From: an uncultured Phycisphaerales bacterium
Lineage (GTDB): Bacteria > Planctomycetota > Phycisphaerae > Sedimentisphaerales > Anaerobacaceae
DNA: 64,000 nt
Assembly: GCA_963772725.1 (NCBI GenBank)
Contig: CAVYYI010000001.1
Coordinates: 288,001-352,000, forward strand
Direction: 5' to 3'
Part shown: positions 40,591-50,858 of the stretch, in pieces
Layout of the letters: every line of letters begins with the position of its first letter
Position numbering within the stretch: position 1 is the stretch's first letter
Made by a program: the position numbers and the translations under genes
Notes under the pieces: model-generated
What the model was told of the DNA's origin: nothing
What the model saw: only the letters and a program-made list of their open reading frames with translations
Databases searched by the model: none

Positions 40591-42419
40591 TTAAGGTTTC
40601 GTCGAACTCATACCCTGTAACGAGGGTTTTCCCACGCCTTTTTTCATCAGGCCTTTGAGCTCATCCAGATATTTTTCATAAACACCGCGCGGGTTGGTGT
40701 TGTGCTTTTTACACAGCGAAGCGGCCATGCCCGCGACCTCTCCCATCATTCCGCATGTTCGCATTACTCTCACTGCCCCGAGTGCTTCGTGTGTTACGCT
40801 GATATCCCGCCCAGCCATAAACAGATTTTCTATATTGCGGGAATAAAGGCAGCGATATGGCAGCCAGTAAGGTACTTCGTATATCGCCCCATAAGTTTTA
40901 GCGATAAATTCGTTATTTTCGAAACCGCTCCGGTAAGGTTCTGACGGTAGATGTAAGTCTATAGGCCAGCTTAAGGGCACACAGCCGTCGGGATATTGTT
41001 TGCCGGAAGTGATATCTTCCTGGCTGAGAACAACATCGCCCAGCAGCCGCCGTGATTCTCGCTTGCCGGCTGTGTATGCCGCCCAGATGAGTTTATAATT
41101 AGGATATACTTTATCTGTATTTTTAAGGCAGTCCCAAGCCCCGTACATCGCCCGAAAATTCCAGTCCCGAATATACTCTGCTTCCTTAAACGCATTGCGA
41201 TAAAATCCGCTTTCCCAGAACCAGTCCCCAAGTGCGTTAAGCTCCTTTCGCTCCTTGCCGACGGTATTGTTTCCTCTCCCCGGAAACGGTTTATCGCTCA
41301 AGTCCAGTGCCCAGGGACATCTTGGAAACGCGGAAGCTTTGCCGGTATCTGCGACTCGCCACGGATTAGACGGCCCCATATGACCTTTGGAAGTGATATC
41401 GAAATCCGCACCTGCCAGAAAGCCGATAGTTCCGTCGCTCGTACAGTCCGCGAAAAGAGGGGCGGCAAACCGCAGTCGCCGTCCTGTTCTGATATGCTCG
41501 GCTATTATCGCCTTGATTTTTTTGCCTTCCGATTCGACCTTCATTGCGTACATTTCCAGAAACAAAGAAATGTTCTTTTCATTTTGCACTGCCTGAAGTT
41601 TTTTGTCGTCCTCGTAATTCGAAGCATCCTGTGCTATCCCTCTGCCAAGGTTCCCGATTTCCTTAACGACATCACCTATCGCCGGGTAAGGCTGAAAATT
41701 AGTTTTTCCCCCGAGATGAACCCGCACTTCAGAACTGTTGTTTCCGCCAAGTACGCTCCTGTCCTGAATCATCGCGACTTTCATTCCAAGCCTCGCCGCT
41801 GTAACAGCGGTACATATCCCCGACATTCCCCCCCCGACAACAACCAGTTCATATTGACCTGCCTCGTCCGGCTTTTCAGGGAGTTTGGTTATCTGCCTGC
41901 GAAATTTTGCCAGTTCCTCCGTTTTATCGGATGGGATAAAACCGGCATCATTCGAAAAAACTATCGCGTCACACCGTCCTTCAAAGCCTGTAAGGTCGTG
42001 CAGTGCGAGCTTAGTCTGATTTTGTGTTATCTCTATAGTTTCCCCGTCCTGCCAGTGCCAGTCTGCCCCTTCTGTGCCGAAAGTTGGTCCTGACAATTTA
42101 TTATTAATAAGAAGTTGAAATTTACCCGGCGTCCCCGGCGCCTTCCAGGGAAGCTGCCCAGTCTCGAGTTCTTACCCAGAGATGATATTTCCCTAAAGCC
42201 GAAAATTCCACAGTTGTAACCGCATCCTCTACGGGTGTGCCCCAGACCGTGTGCGAGCAGAAATGGCGAGCCCATCTGCTCAATAAACTGCTGGTCAACA
42301 ACCCATCCGCCGGGATTTTTAAAACGCTCTGCTTCGACCAGCACAGTTTCCGCTTGAGTTATGCCGACTATTGATAATATAAGAACTGCGACTATTGCTC
42401 TTTTGATAATTATCTTCAC
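40591..42419 (-). CDS. Secreted FAD-dependent oxidoreductase (PF12831-like); two apparent +1 indels near 42240 and 42150
   Basis: Motifs [61 protein letters not shown] and [10 protein letters not shown]. The N-terminal ORF 42033..42419 (signal peptide, [13 protein letters not shown]) joins via an intermediate frame ([18 protein letters not shown]). Confidence 0.85.
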
Positions 42420-42564
42420 TTTAATTTTTTCCTCTCACTTGTTCTGGTTTAGCTTAATAGCTTTTACGTATCGAAGGTTAATCAAAACCATATTATACAC
42501 TGAACTAACCATCCGATAAAGACCTTTCACTCTTAACCCGTCCGAATTTTTATTACCTTCACCA

Positions 42565-42592
42565 TTGATTATATCTTTGCTGAAGATATAAT
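42565..42592. promoter_or_regulatory. Perfect 10-5-10 palindrome carrying TATAAT on both strands; probable promoter/operator in the divergent region
   Basis: ATTATATCTT-TGCTG-AAGATATAAT at 42568-42592; TTGATT-16bp-TATAAT toward marC. Confidence 0.5.
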
Positions 42593-42636
42593 GGCAAAGC
42601 AAATATTCTGTGGGTTTTTTACTGTTGAGGCTTTAT

Positions 42637-43218
42637 ATGTTAAAAGATTTTCTGCTGGCGATTGTCCCGATTTTCGTTGCCGTTGACGCCTTTGGCGTGC
42701 TTCCTATTTTTGTCTCACTCACTGAAGGACTCACACCTAAAGAAAAAAACAGTATTATTCTTCAATCGATGTTGACCGCACTCATTCTGGCGGTCGGTTT
42801 CATCTTTTTAGGGCAGGCTATTTTCCGCCTGCTCGGTATTACCGTCAGCGATTTTATGATTGCAGGCGGCGCGATTTTGTTCTGTATCGCCATTACTGAC
42901 ATTATCAATCCCGTAAAAGCCAGACGCATACCGAACGCCGAACTCGGTGCCGTTCCGCTCGGCACACCTCTCATTGTCGGACCGGCCGTCCTGACAACAA
43001 CGATGATTATTATCTCTGAGTATGGGGTAACAGCTACTCTGACTTCGGTTATAGTAAATATCTTTTTCGCGGGGTTTGTCTTCAACTCCTCTGGCGTGCT
43101 TATCAGGATTCTTGGCGAGGCTGGCACAAAAGCACTCTCGAAAGTTATGAGCCTTTTACTGGCCGCTATCGCCGTTATGATGCTCCGAAAAGGTTTATTT
43201 ACAATTCTCGGCAGGTGA
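42637..43218 (+). CDS. marC: MarC family membrane protein
   Basis: VDAFGVLPIF, IAGGAILF, AVPLGTPLIVGP and KVMSLLLAAIAV; ATG 42637 follows GAGG. Confidence 0.9.
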   Translation: MLKDFLLAIVPIFVAVDAFGVLPIFVSLTEGLTPKEKNSIILQSMLTALILAVGFIFLGQAIFRLLGITVSDFMIAGGAILFCIAITDIINPVKARRIPNAELGAVPLGTPLIVGPAVLTTTMIIISEYGVTATLTSVIVNIFFAGFVFNSSGVLIRILGEAGTKALSKVMSLLLAAIAVMMLRKGLFTILGR

Positions 43219-43272
43219 ACATATTTTTTTTCCAGACACCCGCTTATAGTAAAAAAGTTAAAGTTTTAAACA

Positions 43273-43887
43273 ATGGGTAAATTGAAAAAAAAACCAGTTA
43301 TCGGGATTTTGGGCGGAATCGGCTCCGGTAAGAGTACGGCGGCTCAGGAGTTTGGCCGGCTCGGCTGTAAGGTGATTGACGCGGACGCCATTGCTCACCA
43401 AGTGTTGGAAAGAAAAGGAGTTAAGGCAAAGGCGACGGAGCTTTTTGGCAGGGGGGTTATCGGCAGGGACGGCGGAATAAATCACAGGAAATTGGCGGAT
43501 ATTGTGTTTGCCGATGGTGATAAACTGGCGGCATTGAATAATATAGTTCATCCGATGGTTTTGGCCAAAATCGAGAAGCTTATGGGGCGGTACCAGGGGC
43601 AAAAAAGGGTCAAGGCCATCGTTTTGGATATACCCTTACTGGTGGAGGTAGGCTGGGCGAAATGTTGCGACAGGCTTGTTTTTATCGACTGTAAAAGGGC
43701 TTTAAGGCTCAAAAGGGCGAACAAAACGGGGGGGTGGAACGAAGAAAATATAAAAATTCGAGAAAAATTTCAAATTTCTCTGGACAACAAGGCAGGACTA
43801 TCGGATAATATCATCGATAACAATTCAGGGTTATCGAAGTTGGTTAGACAAGTCGCGGAAATTTTCTCCAGCGTAGTTGGTAAGTAA
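43273..43887 (+). CDS. coaE: Dephospho-CoA kinase
   Basis: IGILGGIGSGKST, IDADAIAH, LNNIVHP and LDIPLLVE. Confidence 0.95.
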   Translation: MGKLKKKPVIGILGGIGSGKSTAAQEFGRLGCKVIDADAIAHQVLERKGVKAKATELFGRGVIGRDGGINHRKLADIVFADGDKLAALNNIVHPMVLAKIEKLMGRYQGQKRVKAIVLDIPLLVEVGWAKCCDRLVFIDCKRALRLKRANKTGGWNEENIKIREKFQISLDNKAGLSDNIIDNNSGLSKLVRQVAEIFSSVVGK

Positions 43888-44033
43888 GTGGGGCTTGTTA
43901 ATGTCCCTGATAGATGTAAAACCCGCTTATAGAACTTTAAAATTTAAATTCTACTAAATTCAAATCCTGTTAAATTCCAAATTGGATGAGGTTTTTGAAT
44001 TAAATATATTTGCAAGATAAGAAGGAGTAATCA

Positions 44034-45559
44034 ATGGCTAAGGCCGCAGGTAAAAACCCGAAATCAGGAATGCAGAGAAAGCGTAAAGGCACAAAAGGAA
44101 CTGCCGTCGAAGAGCAGCAGGCAGTTGTAGAAACGCAGCAGGCAGAGCATCAGGATGAGTCTGCTCCGGCGGTTGAAACTGTCGCGGCGACTCCCAGCAG
44201 CGAGGTACCTGCCGTTGAGGCGCAGCAAACTGAGACGCAAACGGAACAGGAGACGGAAGAATCTACCCACGCCAAATATGAGCGGATCAAAAAGGGCAAC
44301 TTGTACCTGACTGACCTCCAGAGGCTGAGCGTTCCGGAACTGCACGAGATCGCCAAGAAAGAAGGTATCAAGGAATATACCGCCCTGAAGAAACAGGACT
44401 TGATTTTCCGAATTCTCAAGGAGCGTATCCGCCAGAACGGCCTGATGTACGGCGAGGGCGTGCTTGAAGTGCTGCCGGACGGTTTCGGCTTCCTGCGGAA
44501 TCCCGATTATAACTATCTGTCATCGCCGGATGATATTTATGTGTCGCCGTCGCAGATACGGCGGTTCGGGCTGCGGAGCGGCAATATCGTTTCCGGCCAG
44601 ATCCGCCCGCCGAAGGATTCGGAAAAATATTTTGCCCTGCTGCGCGTCGAGGCGATCAACTTCAGGACCCGGACAAGCTTTCCGAGAAGATGGTCTTCAG
44701 CGATTTGACGCCGCTGCATCCGGAAGAACAGGCTCATTCTTGAAACGACAGCCGGATGAACTGAGCATGCGCATCATCGATATGGTTACGCCGGTCGGCA
44801 AGGGGCAGCGCGGTCTGATCGTCGCGCCGCCGCGAACCGGTAAAACGGTACTGCTGCAGAAGATGGCCAACGCCATCAGCACCAATCATCCGGAAGTAAA
44901 GCTGATCGTGCTGCTGATCGACGAACGGCCGGAAGAAGTTACGGAAATGGAGCGCAAGACCGCCGATGATGTCGAGGTTATCAGCTCGACATTTGATGAG
45001 CCGGCCGCACGTCACTGCCAGGTGGCCGAAATGGTTATCGAAAAGGCCAAGCGGATGGTCGAATACGGCGAGGATGTCGTGATTCTGCTCGATTCGATTA
45101 CCCGTCTGGCCCGTGCGTATAACACCGAAATGCCGCATTCGGGCAAAATTCTCACCGGCGGCGTCGATGCCAACGCGATGCAGATGCCCAAGAAATTCTT
45201 CGGCGCGGCACGCAAAATCGAAGAAGGCGGCTCGCTGACGATCTTCGCGACGGCCCTGATCGATACCGGCTCGAAGATGGACGAAGTTATTTTTGAAGAG
45301 TTCAAGGCGACCGGCAATATGGAACTGCACCTTGACAGGCGGCTTGTCGAACAGGCGAGTATCCGGCCATCGACATCAGCCGAAGCGGAACACGACGCGA
45401 GGAACTGCTGCTTGAGCCCCGAAGAACTTGAAATTGTCTATCGGCTCCGAAGAGTGCTGAGCGAAATGAATCCGGTCGAGGCGGTCGAACTGCTTAAAGA
45501 GCCGGCTGGGCAAGTGCCGCACCAACGCCGAATTCCTGATGACGATGAACCTCGATTGA
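44034..45559 (+). CDS. rho: Transcription termination factor Rho, with several single-base indels (probably sequence errors)
   Basis: [64 protein letters not shown] and [30 protein letters not shown] and [17 protein letters not shown] appear in shifted frames. Reconstructed stop is TGA 45557-45559. Confidence 0.93.
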
Positions 45560-45568
45560 GTATGAATT

Positions 45569-45969
45569 ATGAATGTTGAAGCTTTTTTATTGTGCGATTG
45601 CGCCAACGGACAGCCAGGGCAAATTAAATGTCCTGGGAGCATTCGACCATATTTTTGTTAAAACGATACCGTGCGTTCATCCGGCGTCCACCATAGCGGC
45701 GAGGGTCAGGTTCGCGAAAATCGAACAGGGTGAACACGAGATAAAAATCAACGTGATAGACCAGGACGGCAAGTCAATAGGGCCGAAACTCGAGGGTAAA
45801 GTCGGTGTGCGGCACGCGGAAGACGCCGATTCGGCGGTAACTAATATTATTCTGAATATCCAGGGTTTGCGGCTGGAAAAATACGGGGAATATCGTATCG
45901 ACCTGGCTATTGACGGCAGGCAGGGGCCTCGCTGCCGTTTATATTAAGCAGGTGCCGCAACAGGCGTAA
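45569..45969 (+). CDS. DUF6941-like beta-sandwich protein (with indels)
   Basis: Reconstructed N-terminus [12 protein letters not shown](T)[13 protein letters not shown]; body in ORF 45573..45947; ends approximate. Confidence 0.6.
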
Positions 45970-46059
45970 ACGCCGGGATGGTTCTTCACTTTTTATTTTT
46001 AATGGCAAAACAAGCGATTAACGGTAATTCGCGGATATTGTGAAAAAGCGAAAGTAACA

Positions 46060-47347
46060 TTGCGTGCATTGAAGTCCCGCAATTACCGGCTATTTTTTAT
46101 CGGGCAGGTAATTTCGCTGTCAGGGACGTGGATGCAGCAGACGGCGATAGGGTGGCTGGTGTATCGCCTGACGGATTCCGTTTTATATCTTGGTGTAATC
46201 GGTTTTGCGGCGCAGATACCGACTTTTTTTCTGGCCCCATTCGCGGGTGTGCTGGCAGACAAGGTCAGCAAGCATAAAATTGTGATAGGCACACAGGTGC
46301 TTTTGATGCTCCAGGCGCTGATGCTGGCGGCCTTAATGTTCGCACACAAAGTGGAGATTGGGTATCTCATAGCGTTAAGTGTGTTTCTGGGTGTAATTAA
46401 CGCGTTCGATATGACGACAAGGCAGGCGTTCGTATATGAACTTTTGGAAAAACAGGACGATTTGCCCAATGCGATAGCGCTGAATTCGATGGTATTCAAC
46501 GGCGCCAGGCTTATAGGTCCTCCGCTGGCGGGTGTTCTTATTGCCGCTGCGGGTGAGGGGATATGCTTTTTCCTCAACGGGGTAAGTTATATCGCGGTTA
46601 TCGCTGCTCTTATGGTGATGAAGATAAAAGCGAGGGAGGTGCCGCAGCAGAACGGGCCGGTGCTTCGGGGATTAAAAGAAGGGTTAGTGTACGCTTATAA
46701 CTTTTTGCCAATAAGGGGGATCCTTTTGCTGCTGACGTTCGTGAGTCTTATCGGTATGTCGTATGCGGTATTGATGCCGGTATTCGCGAGGGATATACTT
46801 CACGGTGGGCCGCAGACGCTAGGGCTTCTTATCGGCGCGGGTGCATGCGGTGCATTGATTGGAGCGGTATTTCTCGCATCGCGGGACAGTATTCTTGGCC
46901 TGGGCAGGGTATTACTCGATTGCGATATTTATTTTCGGGACAGGGATTATCGCGTTTTCGTTTTCGACTGTGCTGTGGCTTTCGCTGTTGCTGATGGTAA
47001 TGGCTGGGTACGGAATGATGGTGGCAATCGCCTCAATCAATACAATTCTCCAGACGATAGTCGATGACGACAAACGGGGGCGGATTATGAGCCTTTATAC
47101 GATGGCGTTTATCGGCACGTCGCCGCTGGGCAGCATCCTCGCAGGCAGTGTCGCCCATAAAATTGGCGCACCTCATACGCTTATGCTCAGCGGGATATTA
47201 TGTATTCTGGCAGGGGTTGGATTATGGCGGCTGCTGCCGGCGATACGAAGAATGGTTCATCCGGTTTTTGTGCGTAAAGGGATAATTCCTCAGGTGGCAA
47301 GGGGCATAGGGATAGCTTCACAACTGACAATGGAACCGAAAGAATAA
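46060..47347 (+). CDS. MFS transporter (MFS_3/transmembrane secretion effector-like), frameshift near 46910
   Basis: RNYRLFFIGQVISLSGTWMQ, NAIALNSMVFNGARLIGP and QTIVDDDKRGRIMSLY; split into ORFs 46060..47067 and 46859..47347. Confidence 0.88.
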
Positions 47348-47399
47348 ATTTAAAACTCAAAACCCCAAACTCAAATTTGTCAGGATAGTAAATTTATTT

Positions 47400-47606
47400 T
47401 TATTTTTTTGTTTTGTGGAATTTGAAGACATAAATCAGTAATCCCGCAAAAGCGAGAAATCCGGCAATTTTTAGAAGCTCTGATATGTCGCCGTGTGTGG
47501 CATTAACGATTGCAGGGATAATAATACCAGCAAGTAAAGCTATTATTGTGAGACCAAAAAAGCCAAATAATAGTGCTATGACATCCCATTTGTAATTCCA
47601 TCTCAT
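47400..47606 (-). CDS. Small hypothetical membrane protein (two TM segments)
   Basis: 68 aa ORF with two hydrophobic stretches; GAGG upstream on the minus strand. Confidence 0.5.
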   Translation of the reverse strand: MRWNYKWDVIALLFGFFGLTIIALLAGIIIPAIVNATHGDISELLKIAGFLAFAGLLIYVFKFHKTKK

Positions 47607-47797
47607 AATCAGGAACCTCGTGTTTCTTTAACTCCACAGGGTAAATAATAGCACATTTTTGTTTTAGCTCAATATTTTTTTGTCTGGGAATTGAATTTGC
47701 AAAGCGGGCGGTTATCACAGAATATTCTGGTCAATGAATACTATCTAAGTTATACTGTCTTTAGTCATTGGTAAGGAAAATATTTCAGGATGGGAAT

Positions 47798-48795
47798 ATG
47801 AATTTTCGCAAGGTTGGTTCGTTACGGTTACTGCTGATTGGTCTATTTATTTTAGGAATAGTCTTTTCCGCATGGGGGATTAATGAGGGGGTCAAGCCTG
47901 AGCAGGGGGTTAAGACAGCGGAGGCAGGGCAGAAGATAACAGTGGGGAAGGCAGCTATTTTGGGGGTGGTTGAAGGGGTTACTGAGTATCTTCCGGTTTC
48001 ATCTACGGGGCATCTGATTCTTGCGGGACATTGGATGGGTATGACGCATTTCAGTGAGAAGACGGGGCCTTTAGGCAGGTTGCTTGATAAAGAAAAAATG
48101 ACTGCGATTAACTCTTTCGATATTGTGATTCAGCTTGGGGCGATTCTGGCGGTAATTGGCCTTTATCGGAAACGCGTGTTCGAGATGTGCGGCGGCCTGG
48201 TGGAAAAAATCCGCAGGGGCTGCGACTATTTTTTCTGCTGATGACGGCGTTTTTGCCGGCTGCGGTTATTGGATTACTATTCCACAAAAAAATTGAGGAG
48301 AATCTTTTCGGGCCTGTCCCGGTAGCTTATGCACTGGCAGTTGGCGGGGTGCTTATGATTGTTGTGGAGCATTTCTTCTGGAAAAGGCGTCGAGATACTC
48401 AGCGAATAACGGAGGTTGACAAGGTCTTTTACTGGCAGGCGGCGGTAATCGGTTTTGCGCAGGTGCTTGCTATGTGGCCGGGGACGTCGCGGAGTATGAT
48501 AACCATACTTGCCGCTCTGGTTGTGGGCATGGATATGATTGCCGCGGCGGAGTTTAGCTTTTTGTTGGCGCTGCCGACACTTGGGGCAGCGACAGTTTTT
48601 TCGGCGTATAAAGACTGGGATGGTTTAACGCAGGCTGCTGGAATTGATGGGATGCTTGTGGGGCTGGTCGTGAGCGGTGTTGTCGCGGCTATCGCGGTCA
48701 AGGGATTTATAAAGTGGCTTACCCATCACGGGCTGAAGCCGTTCGGCATTTATCGGATAATAATCGCCGCTGTTACCTTGTGGCTGCTGGCATAG
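47798..48795 (+). CDS. uppP: Undecaprenyl-diphosphate phosphatase with N-terminal extension, frameshift near 48200
   Basis: [34 protein letters not shown] and [11 protein letters not shown]. Confidence 0.92.
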
Positions 48796-48803
48796 CCGGT
48801 TAT

Positions 48804-48819
48804 GATAAATCTCGGCAAA
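48804..48819 (+). repeat. Left copy of the 16-bp direct repeat GATAAATCTCG(G/A)CAAA
   Basis: 15/16 identical to 51976-51991. Confidence 0.6.
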
Positions 48820-48847
48820 TCTCAGACAACCCCGGATTAACAAAAGG

Positions 48848-48876
48848 TTGACGAATGGTCTTTAAAAAGTTAGTAT
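48848..48876 (+). promoter_or_regulatory. Sigma70-like promoter reading into the toxin island
   Basis: TTGACG-17bp-TAGTAT. Confidence 0.45.
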
Positions 48877-48887
48877 TGCGGAGTGTT

Positions 48888-48975
48888 GCGAATAACTATA
48901 TCTGCAAACTCGAAAAGATGACCGGCTGACTGGTTCGGCCATTGCTTATACGTAGGCTGAAGAAGAAAAAGGGAA
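48888..48975 (+). pseudogene. 3' remnant of a probable REP-associated tyrosine (Y1/IS200-like) transposase
   Basis: Translates as ANNYICKLEKMTG*LVRPLLIRRLKKKK, resembling the C-terminal ..KLEK..GRRLRP...GRPKK tail I recall for RAYT-like transposases; internal TGA. Confidence 0.4.
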
Positions 48976-49000
48976 ATGGTAATCTGGAGAACAAAAAACG

Positions 49001-49171
49001 TTGGCTGTCCCTAGTATTTCTGTGCATGATAGGTATGATTTTGTAGGTGACGTGCTTGAACCATTAGAATGGTTTGGTAAATCGTATAATATAGATATCT
49101 ATTGGACTGAAAAGTTTACATTGGGCCCAAAAAAGCTATGTGGAAATGGAAAATGCGAGAGTAAAAAATAA
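49001..49171 (+). pseudogene. Orphan C-terminal fragment of a polymorphic toxin domain
   Basis: 56-aa frame below the ORF cutoff: ...ISVHDRYDFVGDVLEPLEWFGKSYNIDIYWTEKF...CGNGKCESKK*. It begins at a TGTCCCT junction and precedes an AT-rich membrane-protein gene. Confidence 0.4.
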
Positions 49172-49225
49172 AATTTGTATTACGATGGGTCAAATTTCAG
49201 TATTTTAGAAAATAATATATAGCAT

Positions 49226-49654
49226 GTGATAGTTTGGAGAAAAATTGTGCGAGAAAGCATACTCGGTTGGTTATTTAAGTTTGGACAAGTAGTAGTCGTA
49301 TTTATAGCTGTATTTTTTTCATTTGGTCTTTTGATGAAGCTTGTAAATATGGAAGATATTAATTATATTAACTACAAGCAAATTGCTCTTGAGGTTGTAA
49401 TAGTAATATTATCTTTATTCTATATGATAAGTATATGTATAATCCAAAGTACAAGTATTATTCGCATGGCTAGACTGTTTTCTTGGCTATTAGCGTTGTG
49501 TTTTTTCATTGCAGCATTAGTGGGTATTGTATTTGAAATATTATATGGCATTTATTTATATAATTTGTTCCCTGGCTATATGGTATATGTTTTTATATTT
49601 ATTTTTTACTATCTAACGATAAAGCTAAAATCTATTGTTTCCCCGAAAAATTAA
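49226..49654 (+). CDS. AT-rich multi-TM hypothetical protein, candidate immunity protein
   Basis: 142 aa with about four hydrophobic segments, very low GC, located downstream of the toxin fragment. Confidence 0.55.
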   Translation: MIVWRKIVRESILGWLFKFGQVVVVFIAVFFSFGLLMKLVNMEDINYINYKQIALEVVIVILSLFYMISICIIQSTSIIRMARLFSWLLALCFFIAALVGIVFEILYGIYLYNLFPGYMVYVFIFIFYYLTIKLKSIVSPKN

Positions 49655-49680
49655 ATCCGAATGAATAAAGCATAAAATTT
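49636..49680 (+). repeat. Cassette-end motif, copy A (TGTTTCCCCG-AAAAATTAAATCC...AAAGC...AATTT)
   Basis: Similar to copies B and C at 51349-51443; contains the stop codon of the gene at 49226..49654. Confidence 0.55.
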
Positions 49681-49688
49681 GGTAATGT

Positions 49689-50858
49689 ATGATAAGTTAC
49701 GCAAAAGAAAAAGGCAACCACGAAGACACAAAGACACGAAGGAAATATAAATCCTGTAATCGTGTCTCGAAAATCTCTGTGGCCTCTGTGGCCATTCCCA
49801 TTTTGGATTTTAGATTTCGGATTTTGGATTTGTTTAAGATTTCGAGTTTAGTGCTTAGGATTTCTTACGCTTATGATTATCAGGGGAGAAGAATCAAAAA
49901 GATTGACTATACCCTAACCCCTACCTCCTATACCCTATATTGTTACGATGGAGAGCAGATTATCGCTGACTATAACGATAGCGGAGTATTACAGAGAAAA
50001 TTCATTTATGGCTCAGGCATCGATGAGCCGTTAATGATGATTAACGTTTCCGGCCAGAACGAAACAAAGTACTATTATCATTTCGATGGTCTTGGCTCAG
50101 TAACGGCTTTAAGCAATTCCGGCGGGAGTCCTGTCGAAAGCTATTCTTATGATGTATATGGCGAACCGAATAGAACAAGCAGCATTGGCAATACATACAT
50201 GTTTACGGCGAGAAATTATGATTCTGAGACGGAGAATTATTACTATCGTGCAAGATATTACAATCCAGCAATAGGAAGATTCCTGCAGCCTGACCCGATT
50301 GGTTATAATGACGGATTAAATATCTATGCTTATGTTCATAATAATCCAGTGATGAATGTAGATCCGTCGGGGATGGCAAAATGTACTATCACTTTATATA
50401 ATGGTTGGAGTTTAGATACAAGTTTTTTCCGCGCTGAAATCTACAAACAAAATGAACATTGGGCAGCTTATAGCATACAGCAATTTAGTGCAGATAAGCT
50501 TAACGCGGCGAGAAGAAAAACGGGGTGTTGTTGTTTTGATACTGTAAAAGTTTATGACCATGGGTACTATATGATATTGCCAGATGGTTCTAAAGTCGGC
50601 CGGCAAGTATATGGTGAAAGACTTTTAATGGCAGCAGATCTTGCTGGTATTTGTCCATGGTTATGTAAAAAGAACGAACCTAAAACGCAATTACAACTAT
50701 ATGGATGTTACATCGGTGTGGGAGATAGAATCAATTTTCAGGACTTTTTTGATGGATGTAGCAGGATTAAAGAAATTAAAGCATGCCGAGGAAAAGTATA
50801 TTTTGGCTCTGGCGGTTATCAGGGCTGTGATGGTGGTTGGAGGTATTATAGCCGATGA
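49689..50858 (+). CDS. Orphan RHS repeat-associated core with C-terminal toxin domain (RHS homology starts near 49866)
   Basis: YAYDYQGRRIKK, YYHFDGLGSV, YSYDVYG, YYYRARYYNPAIGRFLQPDPIG and YVHNNPVMNVDPSG cleavage motif; tip spans 50373..50858. Confidence 0.9.
   Translation: MISYAKEKGNHEDTKTRRKYKSCNRVSKISVASVAIPILDFRFRILDLFKISSLVLRISYAYDYQGRRIKKIDYTLTPTSYTLYCYDGEQIIADYNDSGVLQRKFIYGSGIDEPLMMINVSGQNETKYYYHFDGLGSVTALSNSGGSPVESYSYDVYGEPNRTSSIGNTYMFTARNYDSETENYYYRARYYNPAIGRFLQPDPIGYNDGLNIYAYVHNNPVMNVDPSGMAKCTITLYNGWSLDTSFFRAEIYKQNEHWAAYSIQQFSADKLNAARRKTGCCCFDTVKVYDHGYYMILPDGSKVGRQVYGERLLMAADLAGICPWLCKKNEPKTQLQLYGCYIGVGDRINFQDFFDGCSRIKEIKACRGKVYFGSGGYQGCDGGWRYYSR
49709..49864. repeat. Cluster of short tandem repeats (8-9-bp CAC(G/A)AAGA units, CTCTGTGGC x2, 7-bp ATTTTGG/ATTTTAG/ATTTCGG units)
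   Basis: Seen directly. These repeats make up the spurious-looking N-terminal about 58 aa of the RHS ORF. Confidence 0.7.

Noticed and set aside
44034..45559. Programmed frameshifting or true pseudogenisation of rho, uppP, terC and MFS
   Set aside because: There are multiple scattered single-base indels, no slippery-site pattern, and the proteins are otherwise conserved; assembly error is more parsimonious.
49689..49865. Genuine N-terminal domain of the RHS protein
   Set aside because: It is the translation of short tandem repeats (ILDFRFRILDL, SVASVA); RHS homology starts near 49866.
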